From assembly GCF_018350175.1 (NCBI RefSeq), contig NC_058368.1, positions 209,066,001-209,130,000 on the forward strand: a DNA stretch of 64,000 bases. The letters are read 5' to 3'. A model generated the notes under the pieces. It saw nothing but the letters and a program-made list of their open reading frames with translations, had not been told where the DNA came from and made no database searches. This DNA comes from Felis catus (Eukaryota). Made by a program: the position numbers and the translations under genes. The number at the start of each line of letters is the position of its first letter. Positions within the stretch are counted from its first letter, which is position 1. Below are positions 25,772 to 38,950 of this stretch, piece by piece.

Positions 25772-26559
25772 AAGAAAAAGACTTAAAATCGGTGTTTATG
25801 ACCATGATACATAAAGGAAAGCAAACACATCTGAAACAAATGCAAAGATATAAGTGACCAGCAAAGAAAAATAAACTATTAAAATGGAAACCTGGTCATA
25901 TTGAAAAATAAAATAATGGGAATAAAAAATTCACTGTAGGGGCCCAATAGTAGAATGGATATGTCAGAGGAAAGACTCAATGAACTTGAAGACAGATTAA
26001 TAGAAATAATTTAATCTAACAGGAAAAAATGAGCAGAATCACAGAAAGCGCTGAGACAACATCAAAAAGTTTAGTACTCGTATTGCATACGACTTAGGAG
26101 AAGACAGTCAGGTACAGACAAATATTTGAAGAAATAATAATTAAAAATTTCCCAAAAATGGTGAAGGAGGTAAATTTACAGATCCAAGAACTTCAGTGAA
26201 TACCAAGCAGGATGAACAAAACAAAAAAAAATAATAATAATAAATAAATAAATGTTTTAAAGCCTACGCCTTGACACATAATAAACTATTAAAGTCCAAA
26301 AGAGAAATAGGGGGAAAATTTCAAAAAGCAAATATAAAAAACAACACATTACATAAAGAAAAACAAATACTTGAATTACTGCATAATTATTCAACAAAAA
26401 TAAAGCCAGAAGACAGTGGACCAACATTTTTAAAGTGCTGACAGAAAAATACTGCCAAGTTAAATGTATAGAAAATGTACTTTGGGAATGAAGGTGAAAT
26501 AAAGACACTGCAAGATGAAAGAAAACTAAGAGAACTTGTCACCAAAAGAAATGTGACAG

Positions 26560-28215
26560 AAATTGGGAATTGATCATAAATTTTATATGGAAATTCAAAG
26601 AGTAGCTAAGAAATTCAAAAATTATTTTATTATTTCAAGAATACTTACTATACAGTTGGACCCTTACTTCATACCATGCACAAAAATTAACTCTAAATGG
26701 ATCACAGACCTAAATGTAAGAGCTAAAACTGCAAAACCCTTGGAAGAAAACATAAGCATAATTCTCCATGACTGTGGGTTAGGCAATGACACTAAAGGCA
26801 CAAAACAAAGGAAAAAATAAATTGAGCTTCATCAAAATTTAAAACTTTTGTGCTTCAAAGGACACCATCGAGAACATGAAAAGACAACCCAAAGAATGAG
26901 AGAAAATATTTGCAAATCATATATCTCATAAAGGACAAATATCTAGAATATATAAACTGTTAGAACTCAATAATAAAAAGACATATAACCCAATTTTAAA
27001 ATGGGCCAGGATTTGAATAGACATTTCTCTAAAGAAAATTTACAAATGGCTAATATATACACAAAAAGATGTTCAACACAGACCACAGAGATACCACTTC
27101 GCACCCTCTAAGATGATTATTAAACAACAACAACATGAGAAACCACAAGTGTTGACAAGGATGTAGAAAAACTGGAACCCTCATACACTACTGGTGGGTA
27201 GGTAAAATGTTATAGACACTTTGGAAAACAGTCTGGCAGTCCCTCAAAATGTTAAACACAGAGTTACCATAGGACCCTAAAATTCCACTCCTAGGTATAC
27301 ATCTAAGAGAAATGACAGCATACCTCTGCACAAAAACTTGTACATGAATGTTCATAGAAGCATTATTCATAATAATAAAAAAGTGGAAACAGCACAAACG
27401 TCCATCAACTTGAGAAGAGATAAATGTGGTATATCCATACAATCAAATATTATTTGGCAATGAAATTAAATATTGATACAACATGGATAAATTTCAAAAA
27501 CATGCTAAGTGAAAGAGCCACATATTGTATGATTCCATTTTCTGATATCCAGAAATGCCAAATCTATAGAGACAGCAGATTAGTAGATTAGTAGTTGTGC
27601 AAGGCTTCAATGGGTGGTAGACTTGGGGATGCTGGCTAAGGGACAGGGAGTATTTTATTTTTAATAGATTACTTCTTAGGACAGTTTTAGGTTCACAGAA
27701 ATATTGAGAGGAAGGCACAGAGATTTTCCATAAAGCCCTTGCCCCCCACATGCACAGCTTTCCCCTATTATCAATATTCCCCATCACAGTAGTACATTTG
27801 TTACAACTGATGAACCTACACTGACACATCATTATCATCCAAATGTCACAGTTCATATTCAGGTTCACTCGTGATTTCGTACATTCTATGGATCTGGACA
27901 ATTTATACTGACACATATCCATCATTATAACATCATACAGACTAGTTTCATTGTCTTATCATACAGACTAGTTTCATTGTCTTAAAAATCTTCTGTGCTC
28001 TGCCTAATCATCACTCCTTGCCCCTTACCCCTGACAAACATTAATCTTTTTATTGTCTCCAATAGTTTCTTTTGGGGATGACAAAATGTTCTAAAATGGA
28101 TTGTGGTGATGGCTGCACACTCCATGAATATACTAAAAACCACTGAACATAACAAACTAAATGAGTAAATGTTATGGTTTATATATTCAATCTCAACATT
28201 AAAAATTTAAAAAGA
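26560..28215 (+). mobile_element. L1MB-like 3' fragment with a nested antisense L1M 3' UTR (~27655-28060)
   Basis: Peptide [25 protein letters not shown]; 3' end aaaatgttctaaaatggattgtggtgatggctgcac. Confidence 0.7.
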
Positions 28216-28870
28216 AAGACTACTTCAAGTGAAAGGGAAATGATTACAAAGAGAAACTGGAATATAAGCAATGAAAGGACAACAAAAGAAAGAGTAAATA
28301 CCTGAGTAAACAGAACAATATTTTTCACCTTTAACTTTTGTTGAGAACAAAAATTATTATCGTTGCCTGATACAATTTTCAACATATGAAAACGGAACAT
28401 ACAACAACTACATCAGGATTGGGGGAAGAGCCTATGTGGTTGCACAATTTCTATTTTTCACTTGATATGGTAAAATATTAATTCTAAGTAGATTATATAT
28501 AATTTAATATATTTTTATAGTTCCCTAGAACCACCACTTAAAATACTATACAAAGAGCATAATTAAAATCCAACAGTTAAAAAAATGGAATTCTAAAAAT
28601 ACTCAGATAATTTAAAAGAAATTAGGAAAGATGAGGCACTGAACAAAGAACAGAAAGAACCAAAAGTAATAAAATGGTAGAACTAAATCCAACCCTACCA
28701 ATAATTACATTAAACTTAAAATGAGCTAAACACACCAATTAAAAGACAATGATTACCATCATACATTGAAACACAAGACCTATCAATTAACACTTCTTTC
28801 AGGAATCTGACTTGAAATACAATGACACAGAAAGATTAAAAACTAAGAGTTGAAAAAGATATAACAAGCA

Positions 28871-29437
28871 CCTTGCCTCAGGGCCTTGCATTTGCTGTTC
28901 CTCTTTCTGCATGGTTCCTCAGATACCACTGTACCTGGCTCCCAGGAGGATCCTTTATCCAGACCTCACCCTGAATGCCAATCCCTCAGAGACCTCCCTG
29001 AGTACTCTATCTAAAGAAGTCCCTGGTCGGGGCGCCTGGGTGGCGCAGTCGGTTAAGCGTCCGACTTCAGCCAGGTCACGATCTCGCGGTCCGTGAGTTC
29101 GAGCCCGCGTCGGGCTCTGGGCTGATGGCTCAGAGCCTGGAGCCTGTTTCCGATTCTGTGTCTCCCTCTCTCTCTGCCCCTCCCCCGTTCATGCTCTGTC
29201 TCTCTCTGTCCCAAAAATTAAAAAAAAAAAAAAAAAAAAAGAAGTCCCTGGTTACTCTCTATCCCCTTAATCTGCTTCTTCATAGCACTTATTACTCTCT
29301 GGTTTTGTTATACAGTATATGTTTTGCATATTTTCATGTGTCCCCACTGGCATATAAACTGCATGAGGGTTTTGCCTCCTAGACATTCAATAAATGTCTA
29401 GACACTCAATAAATATTATTGAATAAACCAATACCAA
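28871..29437 (+). mobile_element. L2 3'-end fragment inserted in the old L1, carrying a young SINEC at 29029-29237
   Basis: L2 motifs cctcagggccttgcatttgctgttcc and ctcaataaatattattgaataaa. The SINE TSD is aaagaagtccctggt (29013-29027, 29238-29252). Confidence 0.75.
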
Positions 29438-29477
29438 AAGAAATATACCAAGCAAACAATAATTTTTTAAAAGCTTG

Positions 29478-29681
29478 AGGCGCGGCTGGGTGGCTCAGTT
29501 GGTTAAGCGATTAACTCTTGATCTTGGCTCAGGTCAGGATCTCACGGTTGCCAGTTTGAGCCCTGCATCAGGCTCTGTGCTGACAGCCCAGAATCTGCTT
29601 GGGATTCTCTCTCTCCCTGTCTCTCTCTGTCCCTCTGGCACTTGAGCTCACTCATGCTCTCTCTCAAAATAAATAAAGACT

Positions 29682-29707
<26 letters not shown>
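29478..29707 (+). mobile_element. SINEC
   Basis: tRNA-like head, (CT) tract and long A tail. Confidence 0.88.
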
Positions 29708-29712
<5 letters not shown>

Positions 29713-30346
29713 GAGTGATTATATTAGCATCACACAAGGTAGACATCAGAACAAGAAAAATCGCCAGAGATAAGGAGGGACATTATATAATGATAAAAGG
29801 ATCAATTTACCAAAAAGACAGAGCAATTGTAAGTATACATGCACCCAATACAACAGTTTCAAGACATGAAGCTAAAACTGAAAGAACTGAAAAGACCATT
29901 GAAAAAATAAGCACAAAGAAAATCAGCAAGGATACAGAACTCCATGAACTGACTTAACTTTATATAAACAGACTATTCTACCTGGCAACAGCAGAATACA
30001 TATTCTTCACAAGTGCACACAGAACAGTAACTAAGATAGATCATATTCTAGGTCACAAAACAAACCTCACCAAATTTAAATCCAACCATATCAATAATTA
30101 CATTAAACTTAAATGAGCTAAACATTCCCATAAAGGACTTAAACTAGAAATCTGTAACAGAAAGATGACATAAAAATCCCCAAATATTTGGAAATTAGAT
30201 ATTATGCTGCTAAATAATCCATCAGTAAAAGAGGTAGTTCCAAGGGAACTGAATGAAAATGAAAATATATCTCAAAATTTGTGGTACGCAGCTAAAGCAA
30301 TGCTTATAAGGAATATTATAGCACTACATGATTCTATTTAAAACAA

Positions 30347-30578
30347 GGGGCGCCTGGGTGACTCAATCGGTTGAGGGTCCAACTTCAGCTCAGGTCCTGA
30401 TATCGCCATTCACAAAGTTCGAGCCCCACATCAAGCTCTGTGCTGGCAGCTCACAGCCTAGAGCCTGCTTCAGGTTCTGTGTCTCCCTCTCTCTCTGCCC
30501 CTCCCCACTCACACTCTGTCTGTCTTTCTCTCTCAAAACTAAATAAACATTAAAACAAGAATTAAAAAAAAGAAAAGA
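30347..30578 (+). mobile_element. SINEC
   Basis: ggggcgcctgggtg head; flanking repeat taaaacaag. Confidence 0.88.
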
Positions 30579-31383
30579 TAAAACAAGTCTTTAAAGCATC
30601 CACCTTAAAATACTAGGAATTCTAAAAAGAAATAGGAGAGGCAAGCAAAAGGAAAGAAAGCATAAGAACAGAAATCAATGTTGAAGACAGAACTACAACA
30701 AAGAAATACAAATGAATGAGATTTTAAAAAATTGCTCTTTGAAAAAAAATCAATAAAATGGGAAAACTTCTTGCCAGACCAAGAAAAAAGAGAAGACACA
30801 AATTGCCAATATCAGGAAAAAGAGAAAAAATATGAGCAATGACCTTAAAGAAATATTACTAATAATTCTATGTACATATATTTGCAACTTAGAGGAAATG
30901 GACCAAGTCCATGAAAGTCATAACCTATCCTATCTCAACGCAAGAACAAAGAAATAACATGAATAGTCCTGTACTTATCAAATAAATTGAATTCATAGTT
31001 TAAATTTTTTGAAAACAGGAAAAAGAAAACTCCAAGCTACACGGGCAAATTCTACTAGACATTTTTAAGTGATGCCATTTATAATGGCTAAAAAAAAAAA
31101 AAGTAAATTTTAAGTGTAAATTAAGTATGAATTTAATAAAATCTGTTCAGGTGCTCTATGCTAAAAACTATAAAACCTGGAAAAAGAAAAAAAAAAAGAC
31201 CTAAATAAATAAGAGATATACTGGTGTTGATGGACTGAAAGACTCCAAACAGTTGTCAATTCTCTCCAAATGATCTTTAGATTCAAAATAATTTCAAACA
31301 AAATCACAGCAGGGTTCTTTGCGTATATAAACAAAATGACTGACTCTAAAATGTTTGTGAAAAAGAAACTAAAATAGCCCAAA

Positions 31384-32378
31384 ATCAAAACTACAATGAG
31401 ATATATCACCTCACACCTGTCAGAATGGCTAAAATCAACAACACAAGAGACAACAGGTGTTAACAAAGATGAAGAGAAAAATGAATCCTCATGCACTGTT
31501 GGTGGGAATACAAACTGATTTGTGTAGCCACTATGGAAAATAGTAAGGAGTTTCCTCAGAAAGTTAAAAGCAGAACTACCCTATGATCCAGCAACTGCAC
31601 TAGTTACCCAAAGAATACAAAAACATTAATTCAAAGGTATACATGCACCCCAATGTTTATAGCAGCATTATCAACAATAGCCAAATTATGGAAGCAACCA
31701 AAGTGTCCAGTGACTGATGAATGGATAAAGAAGATGTGGTATATATACACACACAATGGAATATTACTAAGCCATAAAAATGAATGAAATCTTGCCATTT
31801 GCAGCAACATGGATGGAGCTAAAGAGTATAATGGTAAGCAAAGTAAGTCAGAGAAAGACAAATACCATATGATTTCACTCATATGTGGGATTAAGAAACA
31901 AATGAACAAAGGGAAAAAAAAGAGACAGAAACCAAGAAACAGACTCTTAATTATAGTGAACTGATGGTTACCAGGCGGATGGGTGAAATAGGTAATAGGC
32001 ATTAAGAAGTACACTTGTTATAATGTGTGTGTTGTATAGAAGTGTTAAATCACTATATTGTACCCCTGAAATTAATATAACACTGTATGTTAACAAACTA
32101 GAATTAAAGTAAAAACTTTAAAAAAATAAGAAAGAAACTGGAGCGCCTGGGTGGCACAGTCAGTTAAGCATCCGACTCTTGATCTCAGGTCATGATCTCA
32201 CGGTTCATGAGTTCGAACCCTGCATGGAGTTGCACACTGATGGTGCAGAGCCTGCTTGGGATTCTGTTTCTCCTTCTCTCTGTCCCTCCCCTGCTTGTTC
32301 TGTCTCTCTCTCTTTCTCTCTCTCTCTCTCTCAATAAATAAATAAACTCTAAAAAAAAAAAAAAAGGAAAAAAAAAGA
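31384..32378 (+). mobile_element. 5'-truncated carnivore L1 with a SINEC (32140-32375) inserted in its tail/TSD
   Basis: Flanked by aagaaac(t/g)aaaatagcccaaa; the SINE is flanked by aagaaagaaac. Confidence 0.85.
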
Positions 32379-33731
32379 AAGAAACGAAAATAGCCCAAAC
32401 AACTAAAACAAAGAACAAAGTTGCAGCACTCACACCACCAAATTTTAAGATATCCTACAAAGGTGCAATAATCAAGGCAGCGTGGTATTAAGTGAAAGGG
32501 TATACACATAGCAATGGAACAGAATAGAGAGTCTCAAAATAAACTTTATCAAATATCATCAATTTATATTTGAACAAATATGCAAAGGCAATTCAGTAAA
32601 GAGGGGTCAGTCTTTTCAACTGATGATACTGAAATAACTGGTCATTTATATGCCCAGAAAAACAAAACAAAACAAAACAAAACCTTGACATATTTCTCAC
32701 TCGTTATACAAAAATCAGCTCAAAATGGATCATAGAATGAGTGTAGAACATTAAAGAGTAAGACTCCTATTAGAAAAATGGATGAAAATCTTTGTGACAC
32801 TGAGTTCGGCAAAGTTCTTTGACCAAACCCGAAACATGATCCATAAAAGAACTGATAAACTGAAATTCATCAAAATTTTAAAAATTTTACAAAGAGAATG
32901 AAAAGACCAGGCACACAATGGGAGAAAATATTTACAAGTCACATATTTGAAAAAGGATATACACCCAGAATATTTTTTGAACTCTCAAGAACAATAAGAA
33001 AACAAAGATTCCCTACTCCCCCAAAATAGGAAAAAAAAATTTTTTAATTAAATGGACGCTGCACCAAAGAAGATATAAAATAAAGACAGCAAACATGAAA
33101 AGATGTTCAACATCATCAGTCTTTAAGGAAAGGCAAATTAAAACAACCAACTGCCATTAAAGACCTGTAAGAATGCTAAATTCCAACCACCTGACACTTC
33201 CAACCTCCCAGCTGCTGGCAAGGAGGCAGAGCACCAGGACCTCTCATTCACTGCTGGTGGGAATACAAAACAGCACAAACCATTTTGAAAGATATTGGCT
33301 GATCTGACCATATGAGATAGCAACCACACTCCTAGGTGTTAACTCCACTGATTTAAAATTTTATGCCTACGCAAAACCTACATGCAAATGTTAATGGCAA
33401 CTTTATTCATATAACTCTGTTGGAAAAACACGTTGGACAATGGGGCAGATGTGAGGTGTGAGGGAAGAGAGGAGTCAAGTAGAACTCAAAGGTGTTTCAG
33501 CCGATCAGCTAGTGAGTGATGATGTCATTTATTGAGATAAAGATGACTGCAGTTGGAGGATGTGTAGAAAGAAAAGTCACAATTTCCTTTTTGCGTATTT
33601 TGTGTTAAGATGCCCATTATACATCCAGGTGAGACTGTGAAGTAAGTAGTTGGTCATACTGGGCAGGTGAAAAAACAGGCCAAGAAACATAAATTCGTAA
33701 GTCATCAGTGTCTATACATGACATTTAAAGC

Positions 33732-34456
33732 TGATGTGGGAAACAAAGGCAAAAGAAAAGCTTAAATTTCCTTGTAACTTACAGTCCATTCACAAGCCCT
33801 TGAAATAAGCAGAGTGACCTTCCCCTGGGGGCTCAGCTGCCTAAATGTTGACATTTTGCTAAGGGCAAAAGGCAATCTTAGGTTAACACAATCCTAACCT
33901 CCTAGGATCCTGTGAGTCTACTTTAAACATAAAGAAATTCCTTTGGAAACTTCTTCCATCTTTACCCCGCAAGATATACGTTAGTAATTATCCTCCACAC
34001 ACGTGACCCACTGATACACATCTGAAGGTCTCATGACTGAGGGTTTGCTAGACAGTAATAAATGACCTTTTCCTAACAACAGCTAGCTCCCTCAGGGCCG
34101 TGGAAACCTTGTCTTCAAAATTGCTTAGAGGCTTGTGCTGTCCCTAACCCCCTCAACCTGACGGTATATAATCAGTCACCCAACACAACCTCAGTGCAGC
34201 TCTTTCTACCCACAGGTCCTGTCCCCGTACTTTATTTTATTTTATTTTGGGGGGGAGGGGGCTTTAAAATTTTTTTAATTTTTAAATTTTTTATTTTTTT
34301 ATTTTTATTTTTTTAATATGAAATTTATTATCAAATTGGTTTCCATACAACACCCAGTGCTCATCCCAACAGGTGCCCTCCTCACTTTTTTGCTCCAAAG
34401 ACATCCCAAGAATTCTTTCTTGACTGTTTGCTCCGAACCCCGACGTTTCCACATCA
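33732..34456 (+). mobile_element. Solo ERV1-type LTR
   Basis: Terminal inverted repeat tgatgtgggaaac / gtttccacatca, 4-bp TSD aagc/aaac and TATATAA at ~34165. Confidence 0.82.
34234..34384 (-). mobile_element. Very short young L1 3' end nested in the LTR
   Basis: Reverse complement tgaggagggcacctgttgggatgagcactgggtgttgtatggaaaccaatttg nearly matches the 3' end of the L1 at 4873-4945. Confidence 0.9.
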
Positions 34457-36381
34457 AAACCGTGTGACCAGGTGAGATGAATCAGGAAGCAGATGTAAAT
34501 ACTAGAGAGGGTTCAGTATGAGCTGGACACCCCAACATTCGGATGCTGGAGGACAGAGGAGGAGCAACAAAACCAGAGTGAAAAGGAACACTAAATGAGG
34601 TAAGAAGAAAACTGGGAGAGCACAGCAAATCAGAAGTCAGGTACGAAGGTGTTTCAAGAAGTGTAGTGATCAACTGTGTCAAAAGCTGCTGAGAGTTATG
34701 GATGGTATCATGAGAACTGAGAACTGCTCATCAGATATGGCATGATGGCAAGCCACCATGAACAGAGAAGTGAGTTAGGTTCCCTTCAATTCTGTGTACC
34801 TAAGATATTGAAAGCTAATAATTAGTTGATTGGCTGACAGATTAAAATACATAGGATTATCAGGGGCCCCAGTAATCTCTTTCCAAAACAGAAATTTGTC
34901 AGACTATGCTTATTTAAGAAAAAAAAAATAATTTCTAATGCCTAGCAGTAAACAGTTATCTAGTCTAGTTTCACCCCGTTAAATATGTGCCTCTATAGCA
35001 GGAAAACAGCTCATGATTTTCAATTAAAGGAACACCCCAATAAACCAAGACATACATGCCTGGCTCTGAGGACTTAGAATCTAACTGCCTTGGCTTCCTC
35101 ACTCTTGCAGACTACTCCATACGTGCATCCTCCTCTGCTTAACTGAGTCCATCTCCCCTGACGTCTCTGCCTGGCCCTGCAATCTAATGGTTGCTATGCT
35201 TACCTCCCAGCCAGTTCCTACTTTACCATTTTCCTCTCCCACACCCAGACTCAGGGATTCTACAGAGAGATGCTGCTCGGCCCAGTGCTTAGAACATCAC
35301 TTCCTATACTTTGAACAGCAACCCAACAACTCACCAACACCATGCAGGTCTTAATGGCAGGCCCCAGAAAACAGGTCTTTTACTGACATTTGTTGATTAA
35401 AGTTAAAATAGCATCTTGTAATATAAAGGATATTTTTTAAGAGGACCGAAAAAAAAATGATCTCTATTACAGAAGACATTAAGGTAAAAGCACATGAGGT
35501 CACCTTAGCTGTTGAGTATCCAGAATACAAACACAAATAATAGGTTAAACTGTAAAACATCTAAAAGACTATGAATGTTGTTTCTTGTTTGTAAAGATAG
35601 GAGCATGACAAAGGCAATGGGAATGTTAAGTACCCTTGTGTTAAAACAGTGACCAAAATTAGTCATAACAAAAATCAAGTTCAACTAAGGATTCTTAAAT
35701 GGATCTAAACAGATTCAGTACTATGGCTAACATTAGCGGAAAAAATTTTAAAGTGACACCTATTAAAGAACAGCCAGTGACAAAAACAGTTTTTCATCAA
35801 ATAAACTAGCTTTTCTCTCTTTTTTCCTGTATCTAAACATAGACACTCCTCCTGAAAAAAATCCCTTCATTTAACAGACTTAACTGGAAATAGCCTAGAA
35901 GAATTAACCATCCATTTTTTCTCATAAATATGTTATGCTTTCCCTGAAAAGAGGACATTACTGAACCATGATCAATATTGGTTTCCTCTAAACACACACA
36001 CACGCAGATGGGGGACAATCGGCGGGGGTGGGGATGGGGGTGGGGTGCTGATTTATACTATTCTGCACATACTCTTATGGCTACCACATAAGAAAAACTG
36101 TAAAACAGTTGCCCTGATGCAGTGCCATCTGTAGTCACTGAATGAGGTGAGGCTCTGTGACCCACCAAAATGAAAGTACCCATGTCTTTCTCATGGTGAG
36201 CTAACAGGCAACTCACATGATGAAAAGAAATGCAGCCAAGAATATAGTGTGAACTTCGATCCAAAAGTTCTTCTCCAGAGTCCATTCATAGGCTGTTTTA
36301 GGAATCACCAAAGTTCCTAAAATTGTCAGCAAAAATCTGTGTGCATATATTTTGCTGCAGAAAACATTTACAGCTTTAGTG

Positions 36382-36610
36382 CAGGAGTTGGCAGACTTTT
36401 TCTGTAAAGGACCAGATAATGAGTATTTTAAGTTTTGCGGGCCACATGGTCTCTGCTGCAACTATTTAACTCTACCACTGTAGCACAAAAGCAGGCACAG
36501 ACAATAGTAAATAGTAAATGAACAGGCATAGCTGTTTCCAATAAAACTTTTATTTACAAAAACAGGGTGCAGGCTGGATTTGGCCCATGGCTATAGTTTG
36601 CTGACCCCAG
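36382..36610. mobile_element. MER58A-like hAT-Charlie MITE
   Basis: Termini caggagttggcagact / agtttgctgacccc; internal tctgtaaaggaccagata...aataaaactttt. Confidence 0.8.
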
Positions 36611-37471
36611 TTATATTCCATCCATCCTCTTAGTCATTTTCTTCTTTACTCAAAGACTCAAGTTCAAGTCTTTCTAGTTCCTGAGCAATTTTAAAATCCA
36701 TTTGAACATATTCAAGACATAACTTCAGTCTTCTTTGATCTACTTAACTCCAATGACCTCTTCTAACACTTTTCAACAGCCCCAACTATGGCTAACTCTG
36801 CCATTACCACAGATAGTTCCTTTTCTGAAACCATGAGCTTCCAATATTTATTGTTTTAACAAATGTTTTTTACCTGATATGTGCTAGGCTCTAGATATTC
36901 CATTTACTGGTCACATAACTTTCTATCTTCCAGTTCAACTTTTTTTTTTTTTTTTTCAATATCAACCACTCCTTAAGCATACACCTGAGAGTCCTCTTGC
37001 TTTACCTGCAATGAACAATCTTTATTCCGGAATAACTCCCTCCTCCCCTATCATTGTATTCCATTCAAACATCCAGCCTCCCAAATAAGATTCAGGAGTA
37101 TCATACAAATACACAGAATGACTGTCTCTGCAAATCTACATTCTATAGCCCTTAATGTCCCACATTTCTTCTAGGCATTTTTTTCTCACAACCCTCAATA
37201 GCTATTCGAAGTCTTTACTATTGTACTGAAGGCTTCATCACAACAACTCCCAACACAAAATTAATGACCCTGCCAGTAGTTTCCTACCTAAGACCCACAG
37301 CCTACAAACAACTGTGGGTATGAGCCCTCCACAACCCCTCCATTCCCAGTGTAAATATATTCCCTCCGCTCACTGAAAGCCAACTCCTGCCTGCTCTTAT
37401 GCATGATCACAACCACTACCACCTTCTCATGTACTTGCATTATTACCTGGTATGTTTGGTTTTTGCAGGAC

Positions 37472-38584
37472 TGTATTAGTTATGTATGCTGTGTAAGAAA
37501 TCACCAAACTAAACTAATAAATTGGAGGTGGTTTAAGCCCCTAACAGTTTTGGAGGTCAGAAGTCCATCGCAACGTAGCTGAATTCTTTGCTTAGGGTCT
37601 CACAGACTGAAATCAGGATGGTGATAGGGCTGCATTCCTCTCTGGAAGCTCTGGGCAAGAATCTGCTTCCAAGCTCGTTAGGTTGCTGGCAAAATCCAAG
37701 TTCCTTGTAATTGCAGGACTGAGATGCCCATTTCCTTGCTGTCAGCTGGGGGCTGCTCTCAGTATCTAGAAGCTGTGTGCCTTCCTTGCCACATGAATTA
37801 CTCCACCTTCAAAGCCAGCAAATGAGAATCCTTCTCATGTTGAATCTAAATTAGACAAAAGTCATGCCTGCAAATGTTTGCAAAATAGTCCCCTCTTTAT
37901 CTATAACTCCTTTGAAATGGCTAAGGAGTAATATCCTTAAGCTTCCTAGGGGTCACCTGGTTTGGTTAAGAAAATCTGTGAGGCCCACATTAATTTCTTG
38001 AAAAAGCCTTTAGTATAACTAAGTAATCTGACCCTATGATCTTTCTGAGGTTTGAGCAAAAGGTTATATATACACCCTTGGTTCCTTCTCTGTACCATAC
38101 TTTCAGAAGCAATTTCTTCATTTTAACATTATTTACCATCTGGATAGGCTCAAAACAAACTAAATCATCTAGTCCTGGTACCTCTCTAATAAAACTTCTT
38201 TCCATTTAACTTTATTCTCTCATATATTACTATAAGCAGCAAGAAGAAAGCAGGCAGTACCTTCAACACTTTGCTCAGAAATCACCTTAGCTATATCTCC
38301 AACTTACTCATGTAAGTCTGCTTACATCTTCAAAGCCAGCAACAGAGACTCTCCCTCAGGTCAAATCCCTCCCACACCTCAAATTTCTTTTGTCAGGAAT
38401 AGCCCAATCCCTTTAAGGGCCCACCAGATTAGACAGGATCCACTGAAGATAATCCTCCTTTCTCAACTATGCCATTCAATATAATCTAACCATAGGAGTG
38501 TTGGGTCCTGCTCATAGTTCACAACCATACTCGAGAGGAGGAGCAGGAATCTTGGGGGCCATCTTAGAATCCTGTCTACAACCA
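37472..38584 (-). mobile_element. MaLR (MLT1) LTR pieces with internal sequence
   Basis: tgtattagtt...ttggaggtcagaagtcc; ttcaaagccagcaa occurs twice; ends ggggccatcttagaatcctg. Confidence 0.65.
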
Positions 38585-38769
38585 TGACTATGAGTGTAGC
38601 AATTCTGAAACTACTTTCTATGTGTGGTAGCAATGAACAAATGAATTACTATAGTGATGATATTAGAAGCCAAACTTCTCACTGTTGAAGAAGTGAAATA
38701 CAAATATAGAATGGGGAAAGGCTGCGAAGTTAGATTAGAATTACTTCATAGATCAGTGTGACTTCATGA

Positions 38770-38909
38770 TTATATATTTATATGTATATAATATATATTT
38801 TATATATTTATATATTTTATAATATATTTTATATTTTTATATTTTTATATTATATGTAATATAAATATAAATACATATATGTATATATATAAATATATAT
38901 ATGTGTGTG

Positions 38910-38948
<39 letters not shown>
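38770..38948. repeat. AT-rich low complexity / (TA)n microsatellite inside an old L1M relic (~38590-39290)
   Basis: Direct inspection. Confidence 0.9.

Positions 38949-38950
<2 letters not shown>

Larger units (their letters stand above)
24050..33415 (+). mobile_element. Long, decayed old L1M element (5' region, ORF1 and ORF2 relics) hosting many younger insertions
   Basis: ORF1-like relic at 25850-26550; ORF2 start at ~28685; endonuclease relic IARDKEGHYIMIKGSIYQKD at ~29760; C-terminal relics to ~33400. Boundaries are approximate. Confidence 0.65.
33430..34760 (-). mobile_element. L2 relic split by an LTR
   Basis: Antisense L2 motifs (gagggaagagaggagtcaag; gtgatcaactgtgtcaaaagctgctgagag) on both sides of the LTR. 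Confidence 0.65.

Noticed and set aside
36021..36046. G-quadruplex-like tract (also ~4836-4863, ~15749-15766 and ~17696-17709)
   Set aside because: Isolated G-runs are common, the L1 3' UTR tract is a known feature, and nothing indicates function.
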